From Bdellovibrionales bacterium RIFOXYD12_FULL_39_22 (GTDB taxonomy: Bacteria; Bdellovibrionota; Bacteriovoracia; Bacteriovoracales; Bacteriovoracaceae), in assembly GCA_001770205.1 (NCBI GenBank), contig MEQL01000050.1:62001-82642 (forward strand): a stretch of 20,642 nucleotides of DNA, written 5' to 3'. The notes under the pieces are model-generated. The model was given only the letters and a program-made list of their open reading frames with translations, ran no database searches and was not told the origin of the DNA. Below, one piece after another: positions 12,922-20,642 of this stretch (positions are counted from its first letter, which is position 1; each line of letters begins with the position of its first letter). The position numbers and the translations under genes were made by a program.

Positions 12922-13008
12922 GTGTGTGTGTGGGGCCGCGAAAAAAGGATTTTTTCTAATCTCCATAGAGTGTCTCTTAAAAAAGGTCTGTGAAAGCAGG
13001 CCTTTTTT
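12922..13008 (+). ncRNA. Candidate sigma-54-dependent small RNA (about 87-90 nt)
   Basis: Bounded by the sigma-54 promoter and a + strand intrinsic terminator, with no convincing ORF. Contains a GU run and small hairpins. Family not recognised. Confidence 0.55.
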
Positions 13009-13015
13009 GTTTTTT
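12979..13015 (+). terminator. Intrinsic terminator, probably bidirectional
   Basis: A6-GGTCTG-tGAAAg-CAGGCC-T6-G-T6. On + the stem is fully paired with one G.U wobble and a GAAA loop. On - that pair becomes a C.A mismatch. Confidence 0.8.
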
Positions 13016-14941
13016 AGCGAATAATTTCTAATTCTTTAAGTGAAACTTTACTGGTGATCTCAAAAAGTGGCAGAAGGTAAACTTCCGCTTTAGTCCAAGG
13101 GCCATCATCAATAGTTGAAAGATCTAGCTCAATATTATTGATTCCGGGCATAATGCGGATTGCTCGGTTAGTATTAGCTGCACTTTTATCAGAAAAAAGT
13201 ATTTCCATGGTTAGGTCAGAGATATTTTCTTCTCCCAAAACCAGATTTGCATCAAAGTTTTGGCAGGAAAATTCAATAAAGGCCGCGTTTGTCGGAGTGT
13301 TTTTAGTGATAGAAAATTGCAGCAGCCAATTGGTTTCAATTTTATGTTGTTGCTCATCAAGTAATGTAATCGCGCAGGCCAGATAAGAGGCAGAAAGCTC
13401 TGGAATATTTTGAGGATAAATTTTTACAGAATATACTCCTAAATCTTTGGCAAGGGGAAGCCGGGTGAGTAGATCGGTACTGCGTTTAATTATTTTTTTG
13501 CTTATTGAGCGCGGAGAATTTTTTATTAGTAGTCTGGCATCAATGAGCGGACCGGCGTTGTTTAGCTTTAATTTAGAATTTTTTTCTGCCGTTAAATAGT
13601 TGCTCTGTAGTTCAACGTTGATTGGCCGGATGGATAGTTTATTGATGAGTGTTTGAGTGGTTCCCTTGTAGCGCGAGATAGCAATTTGAAAAAAACCGCC
13701 GGTGGGTGAGGTTGGAAAGAAGATATCTGCTTGCAGTTGAGTTTGAAAAAAACTATTGCGTACAATTCCGTTTTGATCCACCAGATCAATTTGGAGAATG
13801 TTCCCTTCGCCTTCTAATATTTCTGAGGAGAGAGAGACTCTTTTGGTTAATGGAGAAGCATAGAAGTGAAAGCGAGTACCTTCTTCTGCGGATAAAGTGG
13901 TGATTTTTTCCATAACTTTATTGTGACATGTTTGGGCGCGAATGATGGTAATGGGAATTTTGAGTAAAATGAAATACCCACTTTTATCAGTTATAGTTAT
14001 CTCTCCGAGTGCTTCCCCATTAGGCAATTTATCCCAAGCAATTTCTCGAGAATTGATGGCCACATTAAAGCGTGATTCGCCGCGGTCCACCCATAATTTT
14101 TGTGCACCACTGTTCAATAAAGGCCGCGTTGGGAATTGCTTGGGAGGAAAGACGAAGAGCGTTTACTACTAGGTGGGCGTATAGTGGAAGTCCTTCTTGT
14201 TTTATTGCAGAAATTAATATTGCCGCCAGTCCTGCAATGGCCGGTGTGGCCGAACTGGTTCTATTAAAGGCCATATATCCAACTTCAGGTGCCGAGTGGG
14301 TAAGGGCGGCCAGAGGAGAAATCAAAGTTGGTTCGGGACCATAGTCAGCGTGTCGATCTCTTCCCCGTTCCCCCTCGGATAGTTTTAATAGTCCACTTTC
14401 TTCTTCAAATTCGGCCGTAAAGGCCACCGATTGCAGGCGATTTTAGATAATCGAAGATGGCCGCATTTACTATGGCCTGGTAATTAAAGAAGGTGGAGTG
14501 CGAAAAGTATTTTCGCTTACCTGTAGATGTTGTTTTAAATCCTGAGTGTAAAGGAGAGATTCCGTCGTCGATCACTCCGACCACTACATTGCGTCCGTCG
14601 TAGGAGGGATGGTTTAGCAGGAAACGATGTAGATTAAAGTCAGTTTTGGCCATATAGAGAACTTTTTCATCTATTTTGAATTCGGCGTTAGGCGCATCAG
14701 TTGTTAAAGGATAGTTTAAAAAAGTTTCTTTGCTGGCATTTTTGTTTTGCTTGAAGCAACTGATGGCCTCGGCCCGTCCACTAAAGATTTTTATTAGATT
14801 TCCAGAGATCAGCAGTCCACATTCTTTTGCTTGTGCCAGTAAGTCAGCGGAGGCATCGATTGCCACTAGTTCTGCCGAATGGAGAGAAAAAATAAAAGAA
14901 AAGAAAGTTAGCAGAGGGAAGTAGAAAATTTTTGCTGACAT
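13014..14941 (-). pseudogene. Fragmented secreted subtilase (S8, tripeptidyl-peptidase II-like)
   Basis: Split into three ORFs. 14405..14941 has the signal peptide and YDGRNVVVGVIDDG...TTSTGKRK (Asp region). 14065..14427 has LISP...NRTSSATPAIAGLAAILISA (Ser region, NGTS changed to NRTS). 13014..14117 holds the C-terminal domains. No catalytic His motif is visible in any frame between Asp and Ser. Confidence 0.75.
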
Positions 14942-15025
14942 AATCATCCTTTTATAATTAGAATTAAAAATCCTATAACGATCTGTTGGGTCTCGTAAAA
15001 TAATTTTTTAAGGACGGGTAATTTA

Positions 15026-16714
15026 ATGGATAAAATTGTCGAATGTGTTCCCAATATTTCCGATGGCGTTCATCCAGAGGTTTATAATACGATTGCTAAA
15101 TCGTGTGAAAAAATTCCTGGCGTAAAATTACTGGATGTTGATCCAGGGGTGGCCACCAATCGTACTGTCATAACATTCGCCGGCCCTCCGGAGGCGGTGG
15201 TAGATGCTGCTTTTGAAATAATAAAATTATCAAAAGAGTTGATCGATATGCGTTCGCACAAGGGAGAGCATCCAAGAATGGGGGCCACTGACGTTTGTCC
15301 ATTTGTTCCAATTAGTGGAGTGACTCTTGAAGAGTGTGCTGATCTGGCGCGTCGACTTGGGCGAAGAGTCGGGGAAGAGTTGGGGATCTGGGTTTATCTG
15401 TATGAAGCGGCGGCCACGAAAACAGAATGGAAAAGTCTCTCGAATATTCGCAAAGGGGAATATGAATCGTTGGCGGCCAGAGAAGGTGATCCTGCTTGGC
15501 GGCCAGATTTTGGTCCAGAGAAATTTGATCCTAAGTTTGGTGGGGTGGTGATTGGTGCCCGTAAATTTTTAGTCGCTTACAATATAAATATTAATTCCAA
15601 CAATGTTAAAATTGCTAAAGATATTGCGATGAATATTCGGGAGACCGGACGAAGTAAGCGTGCGTGGTATCCTGATGGTGAAATTTTAAAAAATCCTGAT
15701 GGTACACCCATAAATGAACCAGGAATATTTAATCATTGCAAGTCAACAGCATGGATAATTCCGGAATACAATTGTGCCCAAATTACCATGAATCTGACAG
15801 ATATAGACGTGACACCGGTGCATAAAGTTTTTGAGGAGGTGGATCGCCAGGCGCGTGAACGGGGAATGCGAGTGACTGGGTCGGAAATTGTGGGACTAGT
15901 TCCTCTGCAAACATTGCAGGAGGCCGGAGCTTTTTATTTACAAAAACAGGGACTCTCGGCAGCAGTACCAGAAGAAGAATTGATATTATCAGCTGTTCGT
16001 TCGTTAGGCCTAAATGATGTTGCCAAATTTAATCCATCTGAAAAAATTGTCGAATATAAATTCAAAAAAAATGGCCCGCTGGTGGCCATGGATCTTCGTA
16101 AATTCGCTAACACCCTTGCATCTAATGAGCCGGCCCCCGGAGGTGGATCAGTTGCGGCCTTGTGTGGAACCTTGGCCGCTTCCTTGGCCACTATGGTGGC
16201 CAATTTGACTCATGGAAAATACGACTACAAAGAATCTTGGGAAAAAATGGAGAAGCTGGGGATCGATGGACAAAAACAGAAAGATTGGTTTTTAGACGCC
16301 ATAGACAGAGATACGGCCTCTTTCAATGTGGTTATGGATGCCATGAAGTTACCAAAAAAAACGAAAGAACAACAAGCTGAACGCACACGGGCCATCGAGG
16401 TCGCTAATCAAGGTTGTACCTTGGTACCACTACAAGTTTTAGAAAACTGTCTAAAAGTTTTACCGCTTTTGGATTCGGCCGTAGAGTTAGGTAATAGAAA
16501 TTGCATCTCTGACGTAGGCGTTGGTTTGCATTGTGTCCGTACATGTGCGGAGGGGGCGGCATTAAATGTGCGCATAAATCTAAGCAGTGTGACTGATGCT
16601 GTTTTTATAAAAAACTCTTCTGAAAAAATGAATTTTGCTTTAAATAAAGTTCGCGAGCAAACCGCTCACAGTTTACAAAAAGTTGAGGCAATTTTTGCTT
16701 CACTCAAGAAGTGA
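15026..16714 (+). CDS. ftcD: Bifunctional glutamate formiminotransferase / formiminotetrahydrofolate cyclodeaminase
   Basis: IVECVPNISDG, TNRTVIT, HKGEHPRMGATDVCPFVP, VTGSEIVGLVP, then the cyclodeaminase part PAPGGGSVAAL, IDRDTASF, SDVGVG, GAALNVRINL. Confidence 0.93.
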   Translation: MDKIVECVPNISDGVHPEVYNTIAKSCEKIPGVKLLDVDPGVATNRTVITFAGPPEAVVDAAFEIIKLSKELIDMRSHKGEHPRMGATDVCPFVPISGVTLEECADLARRLGRRVGEELGIWVYLYEAAATKTEWKSLSNIRKGEYESLAAREGDPAWRPDFGPEKFDPKFGGVVIGARKFLVAYNININSNNVKIAKDIAMNIRETGRSKRAWYPDGEILKNPDGTPINEPGIFNHCKSTAWIIPEYNCAQITMNLTDIDVTPVHKVFEEVDRQARERGMRVTGSEIVGLVPLQTLQEAGAFYLQKQGLSAAVPEEELILSAVRSLGLNDVAKFNPSEKIVEYKFKKNGPLVAMDLRKFANTLASNEPAPGGGSVAALCGTLAASLATMVANLTHGKYDYKESWEKMEKLGIDGQKQKDWFLDAIDRDTASFNVVMDAMKLPKKTKEQQAERTRAIEVANQGCTLVPLQVLENCLKVLPLLDSAVELGNRNCISDVGVGLHCVRTCAEGAALNVRINLSSVTDAVFIKNSSEKMNFALNKVREQTAHSLQKVEAIFASLKK

Positions 16715-16716
16715 TC

Positions 16717-18144
16717 ATGAGTAGAAACTGGTTTGTTTTTCACAAAGATCATCACCAAGGCCCTTTTTCGAAAGAGGAGCTGGTGGAGATGTTTGGCCAA
16801 GGCAATTTAAGTGGAGAGTCCTTAGTTTGGCAGATGGGAGCGGAAGGGTGGCGTCCCTACCGCGATTATGCCGAGCTAAATCCTCCCTTGCCGTTGGCCG
16901 ATGGGGATGATGGCCCACCTCCTTTTGTACCCCCTATTTCTATTACTGAAAATAGTGGTGCTGGACTGGCCATTCCTTCTATCTTTGAAAAAAAAGAAGA
17001 AGCAGATGTCTATGAAAGTCGAATTTCCAAGCGAGAAGAAGAATCTAGTTTCGATCTTTTGTCCAAAGAGCAGTTGGAAACACTAAATCCGCGAGTAAAA
17101 ATTTTTGTTGGTAGCGCGGGAGGACTTTTACTTTTGGCATCAATAATTCTCTTTTTTGTCTGGCCTGTGGCAAAGGCACCAAATTATGGCCTAAGTCAGG
17201 TGGACTATAATCGTTTGCAGGATGTTATTGGACAAGGAACTTTTGAAAAAGTAAAAATGGAATTTGCGCTTACACAGGAAGGAGATGAGATTGTAGTGTC
17301 CACAGGTCGGGCCAATAGTGCGCAACTTTATTTAACTTTAAATTCCATCTACGGAAAGATTTTGTCAGAGGATCAAATTAACATCACCACTTCCGCGCAG
17401 CTTAGAAATCATTTTGCTAAATTTTCAGTACTGACTTTTGAGAGTGGTAGTAAGTTAATTCCCGGTTACTATAGCGCAAAAGTTTATGGCAAGAGCACAC
17501 TGCTCTCCGATAAGGTCTATACTTTTTTAAAGAGACTTTCCTTTTTCAAAAATAAAAATATTTTAAGTGATTCCTCCTCTGATTTTATCTATCGAGGAGT
17601 AGTTTTGTTAACTGCTACTAATATAGCTAAATTTAAAAAAAGCTTGGAGGATTTTAATAAAAACATTTTAGAAGAAAAAACCAAAGTAATTAAGGGAATG
17701 ATTGAAAGTTATTCTACTTTAAATTCTGTGCTGGAGCGGCTCGATTTTGTTTATACGGAACTAATGCAAAAAATAAAAAATGGGCGAGAGATTAAGGAGT
17801 TAGAAAGTATCTATTTTTCAGAGATGGGTCCGCTTCTTGAGGGAATTGTGCTGCAAAGTTATGAAGGCAACGTTGTTTCAATGAAAGAGGGAGGACCAAA
17901 TCGCCTAGAGCAAAAAAATTTATTTGATTATGGAAAAGCGGTTGGGGGATTGGCCTCGGAATTAATTTCGGAAACAAAAAGTAAAAAGGCCATTTCCGCA
18001 TATGCGCGCGAGGAGTTATTGAATAAATATAAATCGCAAATAGAATCATTGTTAAAACGAGGCAAAAATGAGTTAATTAAATATGAGAATCAGCTAAAAG
18101 AGGAAGAAAATAGATTTAAATCTTTTCCTGGAACTGCCCGGTAG
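16717..18144 (+). CDS. GYF_2 (DUF4339) domain single-pass membrane protein
   Basis: N-terminal WFVFHKDHHQGPFSKEEL...SLVWQMGAEGWRP, a Pro-rich linker, one TM (GLLLLASIILFFVW) and a helical C-terminus. ATG 16717 lies 2 nt after the ftcD stop. Confidence 0.8.
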   Translation: MSRNWFVFHKDHHQGPFSKEELVEMFGQGNLSGESLVWQMGAEGWRPYRDYAELNPPLPLADGDDGPPPFVPPISITENSGAGLAIPSIFEKKEEADVYESRISKREEESSFDLLSKEQLETLNPRVKIFVGSAGGLLLLASIILFFVWPVAKAPNYGLSQVDYNRLQDVIGQGTFEKVKMEFALTQEGDEIVVSTGRANSAQLYLTLNSIYGKILSEDQINITTSAQLRNHFAKFSVLTFESGSKLIPGYYSAKVYGKSTLLSDKVYTFLKRLSFFKNKNILSDSSSDFIYRGVVLLTATNIAKFKKSLEDFNKNILEEKTKVIKGMIESYSTLNSVLERLDFVYTELMQKIKNGREIKELESIYFSEMGPLLEGIVLQSYEGNVVSMKEGGPNRLEQKNLFDYGKAVGGLASELISETKSKKAISAYAREELLNKYKSQIESLLKRGKNELIKYENQLKEEENRFKSFPGTAR

Positions 18145-18177
18145 ATTTTTTGTGGCCGAACTTTGAAGGAGTGAAAA

Positions 18178-20574
18178 ATGTTTCGATTAAAAATTGAAAA
18201 GTGTCAGTTGATCAAGCAACTATTATTTGCGGCAACTGTTTTTTCAATTTTTGCTGGATGCAATAGTTCTAGCTCGGCAAAATCTGGAGATGGTAATTCC
18301 GCAGGTGACACTGTTTACGCGGTGGAAGGTTTCGGTGGGCTATCTGCTTCTTTGGCCATGGATAACGGTAGTCCTGCCATTAGCGCAGAAGTGGAAGTCC
18401 AATCTCACCCAGAATATAACACAACGGCTGATAGTAAGGGGAATTTATCCATTAAGAACATGGTTCCCGGAGAGTATACGGTTTTTGTTTCAGGTGCACT
18501 GGCCGGTTTGGTGAGAAGTCCACGCGCTGCAAAGTTTAAAAATATTGTTGTTGGAGCTAGTGCAACCACAACTTTGCCTGATATTGCACTTACACCGCCC
18601 GGAGCAATTATGGGCACGGTGGAGATTTTAAACAACCCCGAAAATGTTACTTTGAATGGAATTATTGTTTATATCCCGGGAACTAGTTTTACGGCCACGA
18701 CCGACGCCAACGGTGATTTCCTTTTGGCAAATATTCCGGCGGGTGATGAGTATACGGTAGAGTTTTCTAAATCGGGACTGAGTGTTTCTTTTATTTCCGA
18801 TATTACTGTGGCCAGCGGAGATACAACGGATCTAGGGGACGTTGGGATGGCACTTTCCACTGGGCCCTCGGGTTCATTTACTACCATGAGCGATTCTACC
18901 ATTGTAACTATTAATTCCGTGGCGACGACGGTAGTGACGAGTACAAGTGATGTTGTTATTAGTTTCAAGTACGATTCGCGCGCGGTATTGATGAAACTTG
19001 CACATGAAAGTGCGTTTATCAATAGAGATTGGGTACCAGTTAGAGGTAGTTATACTTTTTCATCGGTAAATGCTGCCGAAGCAAAAATTGATTTCTCAGA
19101 AGATGGACAAAAAAATATTTATCTTAAATTTGCTGATTTAAATGGATTGGAGAGTTCGGTATACTGGAAAGAATTTATCATTGATACAGAGGCCCCCGAG
19201 ATGGAAAGTGTGAGAGTGTTAAATGGGTGGGCAACGACCGCATCTCCCTCCGTTTATATTGATATCAATGCTACGGATCGTGGAACAGGAATTAAAGAGA
19301 TAATGTTCGACAATATTAATGAATCATTTACTACTGGGGCGTGGCAGTCTTTTGAATATCGTAACGAATGGATGTTAACCGCGGATATTGGGGCAAAAAT
19401 AGTTTATACCAAAGTCCGTGATTATTTGAATCAAACTTCTACCTTTTTTGCTTCAACATCAAGCGATGCGATAAACTTATCTACTTTTACGGAAGTATAT
19501 CCGGCCACGTATACAGAAGCGCTTACCTTTGATGCCGAACGCTCGCCATTCTACCTTGACGGAAGCTATATTTTTGAGGGTAATGTTCATTTTGGGGCAG
19601 GGGCGGATGTTCTTTTTCGAGGGAATGGTGCAGATTCTTCTTTTAAGTTTAATGGTACCGTTACGTCCGCGGGCTCGGCCGGTAGTGAAGTGTATTTACG
19701 AGGTGATGATTCTACATTTATGTGCTCAACTCCAGACGATAACAATGGTGGGCCAGCAACGTTGCAATTTAATACAGGCACTCCAGGAATTTCTCACCAA
19801 ATTACGCACACTGTATTTGATTCAATAAAGGTCTATATTAATGGTGGAAATATTTCTCATAGTAAATTTACCAGCGAATCTTGTGGTGGATCAGACTATG
19901 TCGGGAGTATTAAAAAAACAGGATATGATAATCTAATAGTAATCAACTCCCTTTTCGATAAATGGTATCAAGGATTGAATGCTTACGGTGGGGACGGAAA
20001 TATAATTTTCACAGATAACAGCGGAACTGTGCAATATTTATTTGACTCCTACCATATGACAGAAGCACACGCCTATGGAATAAATACCATCTTTTCTAAT
20101 AATAATTTTACAGTTAGCGGCGTATTTACGAGAATTAATTATACCACGGGAGATTTTTTCTCACCCTCATCGACTAACAACAACATAATTTTAAAAAGTG
20201 GAGCATCTGGTTTTAATGTTTCCAATAATTCAGTTGTTACTTTGTATGGCATCACGCTAACTCCGGAAATTTTTGGTGGATGCAATGAACTCATATCGCT
20301 TGGGCAAAGTTCCTCGCTAACACTAACAAATAGTGCAGTTACTTGTGATATTATTTTAAAAACAGGTAGCGATGTAACTTTGAATTTTGAAAGTTCAACA
20401 ATAAACGTAAGCAATAACTTGTTTTATACACAAACCTGGGCCAGTACAGCGTCTATGTCGATTACAGATAGTACTATCGTTTGTGATACCTCATTGGGAG
20501 ATACGGATGTAAATCGCCCATTCTGTGATCTAATGTTTATGGAAACACATCCAACTGGAACATATAGTTCGTAA
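18178..20574 (+). CDS. Large surface lipoprotein: carboxypeptidase-regulatory-like and Ig-like domains plus a probable beta-helix
   Basis: Lipobox IFAGC and AAGGAG RBS. Two TTxDxxGxF/L..N..PxGxYTV beta-sandwich units, IDTEAP Ig-like modules, and an S/T/N/G-rich beta-solenoid-like C-terminal half. Confidence 0.75.
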   Translation: MFRLKIEKCQLIKQLLFAATVFSIFAGCNSSSSAKSGDGNSAGDTVYAVEGFGGLSASLAMDNGSPAISAEVEVQSHPEYNTTADSKGNLSIKNMVPGEYTVFVSGALAGLVRSPRAAKFKNIVVGASATTTLPDIALTPPGAIMGTVEILNNPENVTLNGIIVYIPGTSFTATTDANGDFLLANIPAGDEYTVEFSKSGLSVSFISDITVASGDTTDLGDVGMALSTGPSGSFTTMSDSTIVTINSVATTVVTSTSDVVISFKYDSRAVLMKLAHESAFINRDWVPVRGSYTFSSVNAAEAKIDFSEDGQKNIYLKFADLNGLESSVYWKEFIIDTEAPEMESVRVLNGWATTASPSVYIDINATDRGTGIKEIMFDNINESFTTGAWQSFEYRNEWMLTADIGAKIVYTKVRDYLNQTSTFFASTSSDAINLSTFTEVYPATYTEALTFDAERSPFYLDGSYIFEGNVHFGAGADVLFRGNGADSSFKFNGTVTSAGSAGSEVYLRGDDSTFMCSTPDDNNGGPATLQFNTGTPGISHQITHTVFDSIKVYINGGNISHSKFTSESCGGSDYVGSIKKTGYDNLIVINSLFDKWYQGLNAYGGDGNIIFTDNSGTVQYLFDSYHMTEAHAYGINTIFSNNNFTVSGVFTRINYTTGDFFSPSSTNNNIILKSGASGFNVSNNSVVTLYGITLTPEIFGGCNELISLGQSSSLTLTNSAVTCDIILKTGSDVTLNFESSTINVSNNLFYTQTWASTASMSITDSTIVCDTSLGDTDVNRPFCDLMFMETHPTGTYSS

Positions 20575-20642
20575 CGAAATAAATTTCACATAACATGAAA
20601 TAATTGTTGGCCTTTTGTGTTTTTTGTTCCATACTTTCAGCA

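Noticed and set aside
12922..12993. 23-codon GTG-started ORF coinciding with the predicted +1 of the candidate sRNA
   Set aside because: It would need leaderless GTG initiation and its stop falls inside the terminator loop. A non-coding RNA is more parsimonious, though Ribo-seq would be needed to exclude it.
14050..14450. Programmed frameshifting or recoding restoring the S8 protease
   Set aside because: Even with frames joined, the His region is absent and the Ser motif is altered. No slippery heptamer is evident.
18116..18165. Sigma-28-like TAAA...GCCGA promoter before the large lipoprotein (similar partial match at 3526-3557)
   Set aside because: The spacing or the -10 element does not fit TAAA-N15-GCCGATAA, and GGCC enrichment inflates GCCGA matches.

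Overview
A 20.6 kb bacterial chromosomal window of roughly 40% GC with the standard genetic code. The gene content (secreted Cys-rich and beta-barrel proteins, FHA and GYF_2 membrane proteins) suggests a Bdellovibrionota/Bacteriovoracia-like host, which is an inference. Recognisable genes are tgt, dksA, queE, a three-subunit sdhCAB operon and a fused FTCD. Others are a SprT-like/DUF2786 protein, several envelope proteins or lipoproteins, and a fragmented TPP II-like S8 peptidase. No mobile element, CRISPR array, tRNA or rRNA was seen. The most striking signal is non-coding and lies in the gap upstream of sdhC (12674-13013). On the + strand it carries two palindromic sites 32 bp apart, an exact IHF-consensus match and a correctly spaced sigma-54 -24/-12 element. 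These point at about 90 nt with no convincing ORF that ends in an intrinsic terminator, making a candidate sigma-54-dependent small RNA divergent from sdhCAB. Secondary signals are tandem DnaA-box-like repeats between dksA and queE, an ABAB Cys-rich GHPxYC repeat lipoprotein, and strong GGCC excess with GGCT/AGCC scarcity.
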